Positions 36,428 to 45,222 of a DNA stretch of 64,000 nucleotides are shown here, one piece after another. The translations under genes and the position numbers were made by a program. The DNA is from an uncultured Phycisphaeraceae bacterium (GTDB taxonomy: Bacteria; Planctomycetota; Phycisphaerae; Phycisphaerales; UBA1924). The notes beneath the pieces were generated by a model, which was not told where the DNA came from, searched no databases, and worked only from the letters and a program-made list of their open reading frames with translations. Numbering within the stretch: the first letter of the stretch is position 1; each line of letters opens with the position of its first letter. The stretch is from NCBI GenBank assembly GCA_964350875.1, contig CAYGLT010000001.1, forward strand, positions 6,199 through 70,198. Direction: 5' to 3'.

Positions 36428-37465
36428 ATGGAGAGAGTCATTACCCGGGCCCTGTGGGCGTTGTCCGTCATTGTCGTGTCCTCTGCGTCGCACGCGCTCG
36501 CCGATCCCGCCGGCATGGTGTGGATACCCGGCGGTGAGTTCGTCATGGGCAGCAACGCCTCCGACACGCCCAACACAGAGAAGCCCGAGCACCCCGTGCG
36601 CGTCGGGGGTTTCTGGATCGACCAGCACGAAGTCACCAACGCGCAGTTCCGCGAGTTCGTGCAGGCGACGGGCTATGTCACTACCGCCGAGCGACCCATC
36701 GACTGGGAAGAACTCAAGACTCAGGTCCCGCCCGGTACGCCCAAGCCGCCGGACGAGGCGCTCGCGCCGGGATCGCTCGTGTTCACGCCCCCGAACCGCC
36801 CCGTCCCGTTGCACGATTACTCCCAGTGGTGGGCGTGGGTGCACGGCGCCGACTGGAAACACCCGTCCGGGCCCGGAAGTTCCATCGAGGGGCTCGACGA
36901 CCATCCCGTCGTGCAGGTCTCGTGGGACGACGCCGTCGCGTACGCGGAGTGGGCGGGCAAGCGCCTGCCGACCGAGGCGGAATGGGAGTTCGCCGCGCGC
37001 GGCGGGCGCGCCCCGACACGCTTCGAGTGGGGGGACGAGCGCCCGAACGACACCATCATCCACGCCAACATCTGGCAGGGCAGGTTCCCGAATTCCAATC
37101 TGACCACCGACGGCTACGCCGCGACATCGCCCGTCGGAACCTTCGCGCCCAACGGCTACGGGCTCAGTGACATGGCCGGCAATGTCTGGGAGTGGTGCGC
37201 CGACTGGTACCGCGCCGACGCCTACGCGCGCCGCGCGGGAGAGGAAATCGTGGACAACCCGCAGGGCCCGGACAAGCCGTGGGACCCCATGGAGCCGATG
37301 TCGCTCAAACGCGTGACGCGCGGCGGCTCCTTCCTCTGTCACGAAGATTACTGCGAGTCCTACCGGCCCTCCGCCCGGCGAGGAACCGCGTACGACTCCG
37401 GCGCCTCACATATCGGATTCCGGTGCGTCTCTGACGCGCCTTCACCCTCAGGGAACGACCAATGA
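36428..37465 (+). CDS. formylglycine-generating enzyme (sulfatase-modifying factor)
   Basis: Diagnostic stretches are MVWIPGGEFVMGS, HPVRVGGFWIDQHEVTN, GNVWEWCADWY and RVTRGGSFLCHEDYCESYR. A signal peptide is present. Confidence 0.9.
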   Translation: MERVITRALWALSVIVVSSASHALADPAGMVWIPGGEFVMGSNASDTPNTEKPEHPVRVGGFWIDQHEVTNAQFREFVQATGYVTTAERPIDWEELKTQVPPGTPKPPDEALAPGSLVFTPPNRPVPLHDYSQWWAWVHGADWKHPSGPGSSIEGLDDHPVVQVSWDDAVAYAEWAGKRLPTEAEWEFAARGGRAPTRFEWGDERPNDTIIHANIWQGRFPNSNLTTDGYAATSPVGTFAPNGYGLSDMAGNVWEWCADWYRADAYARRAGEEIVDNPQGPDKPWDPMEPMSLKRVTRGGSFLCHEDYCESYRPSARRGTAYDSGASHIGFRCVSDAPSPSGNDQ

Positions 37466-38481
37466 ACGATCGTCTCAAGCAATGCTGGGTTGCAGCAGCC
37501 CTGCTCGTGTCGCTCGTCTGCTTCGGCTGCGCGAAGACCGATCCGCTGCCCTCGTGGAACGACACCGCCGCGAAGCGCGGCATCATCGAATTCGCCAACA
37601 ACGCGGCCGACCCGTCGAGCGACGGATACATCCCCGAGAAGGAGCGCATCGCCACCTTCGACAATGACGGCACGCTCTGGCCCGAGCAGCCCATCATCCA
37701 GTTGCTCTTCACGCTCGAACGGCTCCAGGAGATGGCGCGCACCGATCCGACCCTCCACCAACGCCAGCCCTTCAAAGCCGCCCTCGAAGGCGACATGGCC
37801 TACTTCCACGAGCACGGCGAAGAGGCGGTGATCAAACTCCTCGCCGAAACGCACGCGAACATGACCGAGGACCAGTTCGAGCCGCTGGCCCGCGCGTTCT
37901 TCGCGACCGGGACTTATCCCACACTCGGCGGCCCCGCGATCGTCGATCTCGCGTATCAGCCCATGGTCGAGGTCATGAACCTGCTCCGCTCGAAGGGATT
38001 TGATGTCTACATCTGCTCGGGCGGCGGCGTCGACTTCATGCGTGTCGTCACCGACCGCATGTACGGCATCCCACAGGAGAATGTCATCGGCAGCACGCTC
38101 GTCTACGAGCAGCGCGACATCGACGGCCGCTCCGTCCTGTGGCGCGAGCCCAAGGTCGGACGCATCAACGACAAGGCCGGCAAGCCCGTAGGCATCCAGC
38201 ATCACATCGGGATGCGCCCCGCCTTCGCCGCGGGCAATGTCCGCTCGGGCGGCGATATCCAGATGCTGCGCTACGGCCAGGATCGCGAAGGCCCCTCGAT
38301 GCAGATCCTCGTCAACCACGACGACGCCGTTCGCGAGTTCGCCTACGCCGAGAAGGAAGGCGAATCTCTGAAGGCAGCGAAAGCGAACAACTGGACCGTC
38401 ATCAGCATGAAGAATGACTGGAAGCGTATTTTCTCCGTCCCCACCCATCCGACCAAAGCCGATTGGGAGCGTCATCCATGA
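37462..38481 (+). CDS. HAD-superfamily hydrolase, probable lipoprotein
   Basis: Lipobox-like LVCFGCA is present. HAD motif I is ATFDNDGTLW and a later motif is ICSGGGVDFM. It has an ATGA overlap with the FGE stop. Confidence 0.72.
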   Translation: MNDRLKQCWVAAALLVSLVCFGCAKTDPLPSWNDTAAKRGIIEFANNAADPSSDGYIPEKERIATFDNDGTLWPEQPIIQLLFTLERLQEMARTDPTLHQRQPFKAALEGDMAYFHEHGEEAVIKLLAETHANMTEDQFEPLARAFFATGTYPTLGGPAIVDLAYQPMVEVMNLLRSKGFDVYICSGGGVDFMRVVTDRMYGIPQENVIGSTLVYEQRDIDGRSVLWREPKVGRINDKAGKPVGIQHHIGMRPAFAAGNVRSGGDIQMLRYGQDREGPSMQILVNHDDAVREFAYAEKEGESLKAAKANNWTVISMKNDWKRIFSVPTHPTKADWERHP

Positions 38482-40124
38482 GCCGCACGAGAAAGTCACT
38501 CACCGCGTGCATCGCTATCGGGGTCACGGCCCTGATGACGACCAGCGCCGTCGCGCAACAGCGCAACAACCAAACCCGCAACCAGCAGCAATCCAGAGGG
38601 CAGCAGCAGTCGAAGCCCAACATCCTCATCATCTGGGGCGACGACATCGGAACCTGGAACATCAGCCACAACAACCGCGGCATGATGGGTTACGAAACGC
38701 CCAACATCGACCGGATCGCCAAAGAAGGGATCTCATTCACCGACTACTACGGCCAGCAGTCGTGCACCGCAGGCCGCGCCGCGTTCGTGGGCGGCACGGT
38801 GCCTTTGCGTACTGGCATGACCAAGGTGGGCCTTCCCGGCGCGAAGGAAGGCTGGCAGGAACAGGACATCACCATCGCGGCCGTCATGAAATCGCTCGGC
38901 TACTCGACCGGGCAGTTCGGCAAGAACCACTTCGGTGACCGCGACGAGCACCTGCCCACCAACCACGGGTTCGATGAGTTCTTCGGCAACCTCTACCACC
39001 TCAACGCCGAGGAAGAGCCGGAGAATCGCGACTACCCGGGCGACATGGTCCTTCCCAACGGGAAGACCTTCAAGGAGCAGTACGGCCCGCGCGGCGTCAT
39101 GAAGGCCAAGGCCAACGGACGCATCGAGGACACCGGGCCGCTCACCAAGAAGCGCATGGAGACCATCGACGATGAGACCGTCGCGGCCGCCAAGGACTTC
39201 ATCACCCGCATGAACGACTCGGGTGAACCGTGGATGTGCTGGTGGAACGGCACACGCATGCACTTCCGCACGCATATCAAGGAAGAGCACCAGGGCCTCA
39301 GCGGCGCACGCGGCGACGAGTACCACGACGGGATGATGGAGCACGACATGCATGTCGGTGAACTCCTCGACCTGCTCGACGAACTCGGCATCGCCGACAA
39401 CACCATCGTCTTCTACTCCACGGACAACGGCCCGCACTTCAACACCTGGCCCGATGCGGGCTACACGCCGTTCCGCAAGGAGAAGAACTCCAACTGGGAA
39501 GGCGCGTACCGCGTCCCCGCGTTCGTGCGCTGGCCCGCGCGGTACCCCGCCGGCGAGACGCTCAACGGCATCGTCGCCCACGAGGACTGGATGACCACCT
39601 TCGCGTCAGCCGCGGGCAAGGGCGATCTCAAGGAGGACATGCTCGACGGGTACAACGCGATCGGGCGCAACTACCGTCAGCACCTCGACGGCTACGACAT
39701 GAACGAGTACTTCGCGAACGCCGACGAGTACGACTCGTTCGACGAGAACATCAAGGCCTCGCCGCGCAAGGAGTTCATCTATGTGAACGACGACGGCCAA
39801 GTCGTCGCGATGCGCCTGGGCGACTGGAAGGCGGTGTTCCTCGAGAACCGCGCCGACGCGTTCGAGATCTGGCGCGAGCCCTTCGCGGAACTGCGCGTTC
39901 CGCTGCTGTTCCATCTCCGCCGCGACCCGTTCGAGAAGGCGCAGATCGACGCGAACACCTACAACGACTGGTTCATCAGCCGCGCGTTCGTGATCGTCCC
40001 GATGCAGCAGGTCGCGGGCAAGTTCTTCCAGACCTTGCAGGAATACCCGCCGAGCCAGACCCCGGGCTCGTTCAATCTGGAGAAGGTCCAGGAGCAGATC
40101 GAGAACGCCGCCACCGGCAAGTAA
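38478..40124 (+). CDS. arylsulfatase (formylglycine-dependent)
   Basis: The stretch PNILIIWGDDIG is present, with the FGly motif SCTAGRAAF (C-x-A-x-R variant), GKNHFGD and YSTDNGP. A signal peptide is present. The ATG at 38478 overlaps the HAD stop (ATGA). Confidence 0.92.
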   Translation: MSRTRKSLTACIAIGVTALMTTSAVAQQRNNQTRNQQQSRGQQQSKPNILIIWGDDIGTWNISHNNRGMMGYETPNIDRIAKEGISFTDYYGQQSCTAGRAAFVGGTVPLRTGMTKVGLPGAKEGWQEQDITIAAVMKSLGYSTGQFGKNHFGDRDEHLPTNHGFDEFFGNLYHLNAEEEPENRDYPGDMVLPNGKTFKEQYGPRGVMKAKANGRIEDTGPLTKKRMETIDDETVAAAKDFITRMNDSGEPWMCWWNGTRMHFRTHIKEEHQGLSGARGDEYHDGMMEHDMHVGELLDLLDELGIADNTIVFYSTDNGPHFNTWPDAGYTPFRKEKNSNWEGAYRVPAFVRWPARYPAGETLNGIVAHEDWMTTFASAAGKGDLKEDMLDGYNAIGRNYRQHLDGYDMNEYFANADEYDSFDENIKASPRKEFIYVNDDGQVVAMRLGDWKAVFLENRADAFEIWREPFAELRVPLLFHLRRDPFEKAQIDANTYNDWFISRAFVIVPMQQVAGKFFQTLQEYPPSQTPGSFNLEKVQEQIENAATGK

Positions 40125-40149
40125 TCCGATCGGGCTGAACCAATCCCCT

Positions 40150-40182
40150 CCGCGCCGCGGGAGACCGCCGCGCGGGGCTTTC
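40150..40182 (+). terminator. GC-rich hairpin between the sulfatase gene and tRNA-Leu
   Basis: An 11-bp stem pairs 40150-40160 with 40165-40175 (one mismatch), with loop GAGA and the weak tail GGCTTTC. Confidence 0.4.
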
Positions 40183-40192
40183 ATCGAGGCAA

Positions 40193-40278
40193 TGCCGGAG
40201 GGGGGAATCGAACCCCCACTCCCGATCAAGGGAAACGGATTTTGAATCCGTCGCGTCTGCCAATTCCGCCACTCCGGC
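40193..40278 (-). tRNA. tRNA-Leu (anticodon CAA)
   Basis: The reverse complement folds as an 86-nt class II tRNA. The acceptor is GCCGGAG/CTCCGGC, the D region TGGCGGAATTGGCAGACGC, and the anticodon stem ACGGA/TCCGT with loop TTCAAAA. The T-arm is GGGGG-TTCGATT-CCCCC. Confidence 0.9.
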
Positions 40279-40447
40279 GAGTGGGCCCGTTGGGGCGCGA
40301 AGAGGATAGCCCAACCCCCGGCGCCGGTCGAAAGTGGCGATCACTCGCCCTGAATCCGCTCGATCCGGTGGTTTTACTTGTGCCGGGTCTCTCCGGGAGG
40401 TATGTTCCGGGCAGTCCTGCTCGTCGGGGCGTCCACAGGAGTCTGTT

Positions 40448-42076
40448 ATGCGTTATCGGAATGCCCTCGCTCTCGCGGCCTTCTCAGGCCTCTCCCTGTC
40501 CGTCGCGCCCGCGCTCGCCGCGCCGCCGATCGAGGAGGAGGCCCTCCCGCGAAACATGACCGAGGCCGAGGCCCGGTTCGTCGAGCAGAATCCTCTGACC
40601 GCCCTGCGCGGATTCACGCCCCCGAGCGACTACCCGGGCATCCGCGCAGCCGCCGAATACGAGCCGATGGACGCCATCATTTTCTCGTACGGAAACGGCG
40701 CATCCAGTTGGAACTCGATCATCGTCCAGATGGTCAGCCACATCACGACGACCGGCAACGCGGACGCCGTCGTCTATGTCGATTCACCCGGCTCGATCGC
40801 CAGCGTGACCAACACGCTCGTCGCGGGCGGCGCCGACCCGTCGCGCGTCAAGGTCTTCGCGCGCTCGCTCGACTCCATCTGGATGCGCGACTACGGACCT
40901 CGTTACATCTACGAGGGCGATGTCCGCTCCATCGTCGACCACACCTACAACCGCCCGCGGTTCAATGACAACAACCTCAATGTCTTCCACGCCGATGTGT
41001 TCAACCACACGCGCTATGAGGTCCCGCTCGTCCACGGCGGCGGCAACTACCACCTCGACGCGCTGGGCATCGGCTACGCGACACGCCTGATCAACAACGA
41101 GAACCCCGGGCTCTCGGAGTCCGAGATCATCCAGCGCTGGCAGGACTACCAGGGCGTCAACACCTCGCTCGAGACCCCGTTCCCGACCTTCATCGACTCG
41201 ACACAGCACATCGACATGTGGATGCAGGTGATCGCGGACGACAAGGTGATCATCAGCGACTGGCCCACCCAGTCGGGCACGACGCAGGACCAGATCTGCG
41301 ACGCCGCGGCCGCCGACCTCGCGAACTTGGGCTACACCGTCTACCGCACGCCGGCCGTCAGTTCGGGCGGCACGCACTACACCTTCACCAATATGGTGAT
41401 GTGCAACGACATCGTGCTCCTCCCGACCTACACCAACTCGACGGTCGTGAGCAACAACTTCAACCAGCAGGCCCTCGCCGTGCTCCAGTCGGCTCTGCCC
41501 GGCAAGACGATCATCCAGATCCCGTGCCAGAACATCGTTACCGCCGCGGGCGTCATGCACTGCATCGTCATGCACATGCCCGCGCATGTCGGCGGCGACA
41601 ACCCCACGGCCCTCGTGCGCTACCCCAACGGCGGCGAGGCGTTCGAGCCCGGCGCGGAGATCGAGATCCGCTGGTCCACCGACGACCGCGAAGGCGTCGC
41701 GAATGTGGACATCCTGCTCTCCACCGACAACGGCGCGAACTTCAACACCGTGATCGCCAGCGCGACCAACGACGACGGCTCGCACATGTGGACGGTTCCC
41801 GATGTCGCGTCTTCCAACGCCGTCATCCGCGTCGTTGCGCGCGGCGACGACAGCGACACCGGCTTCGACGACTCCGACGCGGTCTTCGCCATCCTCGGCG
41901 TCTGCCCGGGCGACACCAACGGCGACAATGTCGTGAACTTCACGGACCTCAACGCCGTGCTCGCCGCGTTCGGCCAGTCGGGCGCGGGCAACCCCGCCGA
42001 TGTCAACGGCGACGGCGTCGTGAACTTCAGCGACCTGAACGACGTCCTTGGCGCGTTCGGCGCCGACTGCAACTGA
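40448..42076 (+). CDS. secreted agmatine deiminase / Porphyromonas-type peptidylarginine deiminase family protein with beta-sandwich and double dockerin-like module
   Basis: ATG at 40448 follows AGGAG. The signal peptide is MRYRNALALAAFSGLSLSVAPALA. Family motifs are IWMRDYGP, HGGGNYHLD and the catalytic Cys context AAGVMHCIVMHMP. Confidence 0.82.
   Translation: MRYRNALALAAFSGLSLSVAPALAAPPIEEEALPRNMTEAEARFVEQNPLTALRGFTPPSDYPGIRAAAEYEPMDAIIFSYGNGASSWNSIIVQMVSHITTTGNADAVVYVDSPGSIASVTNTLVAGGADPSRVKVFARSLDSIWMRDYGPRYIYEGDVRSIVDHTYNRPRFNDNNLNVFHADVFNHTRYEVPLVHGGGNYHLDALGIGYATRLINNENPGLSESEIIQRWQDYQGVNTSLETPFPTFIDSTQHIDMWMQVIADDKVIISDWPTQSGTTQDQICDAAAADLANLGYTVYRTPAVSSGGTHYTFTNMVMCNDIVLLPTYTNSTVVSNNFNQQALAVLQSALPGKTIIQIPCQNIVTAAGVMHCIVMHMPAHVGGDNPTALVRYPNGGEAFEPGAEIEIRWSTDDREGVANVDILLSTDNGANFNTVIASATNDDGSHMWTVPDVASSNAVIRVVARGDDSDTGFDDSDAVFAILGVCPGDTNGDNVVNFTDLNAVLAAFGQSGAGNPADVNGDGVVNFSDLNDVLGAFGADCN
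41903..42073 (+). other. double Cys-bracketed dockerin-like module (57 codons, protein C-terminus)
   Basis: The module sequence is CPGDTNGDNVVNFTDLNAVLAAFGQSGAGNPADVNGDGVVNFSDLNDVLGAFGADCN followed by the stop. Confidence 0.85.
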
Positions 42077-42085
42077 TCCGACCGA

Positions 42086-45025
42086 TCACCGCGGCTGCAC
42101 GGGCTGGGATGTGCCGCATCCCGGGCCGTAGATCATCGCGTTGTGCAGCAGGCGCGTCGTGCCGAGCGTCGTCCCGCGGAAGGTCGGCGGCGACGCGAAA
42201 AGGATCACCTGCCCGTTGCCGACAGAGTCGCGCGTCAGGTACGCGGTGTTCATCAATCGCTGCGCGGCCTCGGGCCAGAGTAACCCGCTCATGCGCAGGC
42301 GTGCTTCAGTCCCGATCGGCGCGGGCGCGAACCCACGGCGGGCGGTCTTCGCCTCACCTTCTGATGATTCGTCGGAGTTCGTGGCGGCCGAAGTGTCAGT
42401 CTCGGGCGCCTCGACATACACACCGAAACGGACCGGCGCCTGCGTGGGCCGCTTGGCCATCAGCGTCGTTCCCCCCGTGTAGAGCACCGGGAGGACTTCG
42501 CCCAGCCCGACCGTCAGCCAGTTCCGATCATCGACGCGTGCGGCGAGGATCGCGCCCTGAGGCATGAACACCTCCTGGAAGTCGTCGCGCCGTTTCAGTT
42601 CGTCCTCGCTCGGCAGGTCCTCGATGCTCGCCCACGGGTACTCGATCTCGCCCACGGTGTTCGTGTAGACGGTCGTGGCTTCCGCCGTCGCGGTGTACCC
42701 CTCCGCTTCGCGAAGGACCTCCATCGCGTGCGATTCGAGATCACCCAGCGCGTCGGTCACACTCCGCGCCTTGGCGAGTTTCGCCGCTTCGTCCGCCGCA
42801 CCGCTCGCGCTGCCGCCGATCGCGATCAGCGTCCCGCCCTGCTCGACCCAGCGACGCAGGTCCTCCGCGTACCGCTTGATCAGCGAGGGGCTCGCGTCGG
42901 GGAAGACAAGGGTGTTGTACTCGCGCAGATCGGTGTATCCGAGATCGGCGGCGTCGAGGTACGACGCGCGCACGCCCAGCACCTGATCGAGCGTGTGCCA
43001 GACCGAGCCGTAGTCGGTGGGGCTCACCTGATTCCGGCCGACCACCGCGATCCGCGGGCGGCGCAGGAGGTGCAGGTGCCCGCCGCCCAGATCCGGCGCG
43101 TCGCCCGGTCCGAAGCCCGTGTCGATGGCGTACGCGTTGATCCCCAGCGTGCGCGAGACCTCATCGATCGAATCGACCAGCCCGGTGTGCGATTCGTTGT
43201 CGATGCGGAAGGCGATCACCGTGCCGCGCTCGAACGAGCGGCCACCCAGCGAGGTGTCCTTGTCGAGCATTCGCACCTGTACGCCGCGCTCCATGAGTTG
43301 CGCGGCCGCGGCAACGGAACGGTCGTCGGCGCCGTTGAACGCCCAGCCCACCTGAGGATCACGATCTTCAACACCGGCAGAGCGCGGTGATGCCGTGACT
43401 TCCTCGGCGTTTCGCGGGAGCGTCATCGAGAGTTCCGCTGTGTCCAGCCCGTAGAGCATGGGGATGTTCCACGCCGTGATGTCGTACAGGCGCGACTCGC
43501 CGAAGCGCAGCAACTCGCGCCGCTCCTCGGTCAGGAATTCGTCGGGCATCGGCGTGTCGAGTTCGAGGAGGGCCGCCGCCAGCCGCGCTTCCGGCTGGGT
43601 GGAAGGGATGAGCAGCGTCCCGGCGTCGAACGCCTTCGACTCGAAGGTGTCGCCCAGCCAGTCCTGTCCGTCTGCCTCGAACTCGTCCGTCGCGCGGTAC
43701 ACCTTCACGCCCTGCAGGTTCATGAGGTCGATGAATCGCTGGAGCCGCGCCTCGTTCTTCCCCGCGCTGACCGCGAACACGCGGCCGCTGTACTCACCAT
43801 CGCGTGCGATGTTCTCGCGGCGCTCGGCGACGAACTCGGACAGCATCGCGTCCTTGTTGGCGCGCAGGGTCTGCAGATTCGTCAGGCCGCTGAGCGCCTG
43901 CTTGTGCACGGACTCCTTGTAGGTCTCCACGCGTCCCTCGGGACGCTGGATGCCCGCGTCGGCGATGCGCGCCTGCTCGTACAGGATCGCGACGGCGCTC
44001 TTGAGCGACGCCCAGGCGTCCGTGTAACCGGGGTACCAACCCTCGTTCCATTCGCCCGTGTAATACCGCCAGCCGTTGCGATCAAACGCGTCCGCTTGAT
44101 CCTCGGCGAACTCCTTGTTCCAGTGCGCGCGGCGCTCGGGGAAGTGCGGATTGATCGGGGCGCGGCTGGGCGAGAAGAGATAGGTGTCCAGCGGCCACAT
44201 CTCGTGTGCATCCACGAACAGCAGGGGGCGCCACTCGCTCACGGCCTCAAGACGCCCGCGCGTCTCGGGGTGGACGCCGAAGATCGAATCTCGATTGAGA
44301 TCGAACAGGTAGTGGTTGCCGCGCCCCGCGGGCCAGTCTCCCGTGTGCACCAGCGACTGGTAGTCGGTGTTCGGGACATTGCCGCGGTTCTCCGCGACCA
44401 TCTTCAGGAAGCGGTCGCGGCCGTCGGGGTTCATCATCGGATCGATGATGATCACCAGTTCGTCGAGCAGCGCCTGTGTTTGCGGCGAGTTGTCGGCGAT
44501 GAGGTGGTGCGCGAGCGCGAGCGCGCCGTCAGCGCCCGATGTCTCGTCGCCGTGGATCGAATGCCCGAGCCACGCGACAGCGGGCAACCCCTGCATGATG
44601 CGCCGCGCCTCGGCGTCCGAAAGCCCGTCGGGATCGGCGAGCGTCGCGTAACTGGCCTTGATGTCCTCGAGCACACTCTGGCGATCGGGCCGCGTGATGA
44701 CGAGGTGGAACATCGACCGGCCCTCGTAGGTCTTGGCGTGCTCGACGAGGGTGGCGCGGTCGCTGATGTCCGCCCAGGTCCGAAAGCACTTCTCGATCTC
44801 GGCGTGCGTGGCGGCTCGGTCGCCCGCGTCGAAACCGATGAGTTGCTTGGTCGTCGGGATCGTTCCGCTGTGCTGTGCGCCGGGGAAGAACGGTTGCTGG
44901 TAGGTGAGTTCGGGTTGGGGCGAAGCGGGGGTTGGGGTCGGCGCCGCCTGCGCCATCGCGATTGTCGAGCCCGCGACCGACAGGATCGCGGCGAGGGTCA
45001 GGGCACGGCGGACGCGGTCGGGCAT
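42086..45025 (-). CDS. large secreted M14 zinc carboxypeptidase family protein
   Basis: ATG at 45025 gives the signal peptide MPDRVRRALTLAAILSVAGSTIAMAQA. The Zn-binding context HSIHGDETSG and IIDPMMNPDGRDRF are present, with long C-terminal accessory domains. Confidence 0.82.
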   Translation of the reverse strand: MPDRVRRALTLAAILSVAGSTIAMAQAAPTPTPASPQPELTYQQPFFPGAQHSGTIPTTKQLIGFDAGDRAATHAEIEKCFRTWADISDRATLVEHAKTYEGRSMFHLVITRPDRQSVLEDIKASYATLADPDGLSDAEARRIMQGLPAVAWLGHSIHGDETSGADGALALAHHLIADNSPQTQALLDELVIIIDPMMNPDGRDRFLKMVAENRGNVPNTDYQSLVHTGDWPAGRGNHYLFDLNRDSIFGVHPETRGRLEAVSEWRPLLFVDAHEMWPLDTYLFSPSRAPINPHFPERRAHWNKEFAEDQADAFDRNGWRYYTGEWNEGWYPGYTDAWASLKSAVAILYEQARIADAGIQRPEGRVETYKESVHKQALSGLTNLQTLRANKDAMLSEFVAERRENIARDGEYSGRVFAVSAGKNEARLQRFIDLMNLQGVKVYRATDEFEADGQDWLGDTFESKAFDAGTLLIPSTQPEARLAAALLELDTPMPDEFLTEERRELLRFGESRLYDITAWNIPMLYGLDTAELSMTLPRNAEEVTASPRSAGVEDRDPQVGWAFNGADDRSVAAAAQLMERGVQVRMLDKDTSLGGRSFERGTVIAFRIDNESHTGLVDSIDEVSRTLGINAYAIDTGFGPGDAPDLGGGHLHLLRRPRIAVVGRNQVSPTDYGSVWHTLDQVLGVRASYLDAADLGYTDLREYNTLVFPDASPSLIKRYAEDLRRWVEQGGTLIAIGGSASGAADEAAKLAKARSVTDALGDLESHAMEVLREAEGYTATAEATTVYTNTVGEIEYPWASIEDLPSEDELKRRDDFQEVFMPQGAILAARVDDRNWLTVGLGEVLPVLYTGGTTLMAKRPTQAPVRFGVYVEAPETDTSAATNSDESSEGEAKTARRGFAPAPIGTEARLRMSGLLWPEAAQRLMNTAYLTRDSVGNGQVILFASPPTFRGTTLGTTRLLHNAMIYGPGCGTSQPVQPR

Positions 45026-45222
45026 CGATCGACTCCGAAAGAGGGGGCGGCGGCTGGAGTTCAGCGTGTATGAGTGTCCCGGGAACAGGGAAACGAAGCA
45101 AGCCGCCGGCGGTGGTCGCGGCGGGAAGGGTTCGCCGAAGTGATGAGGAGTCGGTACCCTATGGATCAGCGGCGCCGCGCGAGGGCGCAGTTCCATCCCA
45201 GACCAGAAACAGGTGTTCCACG

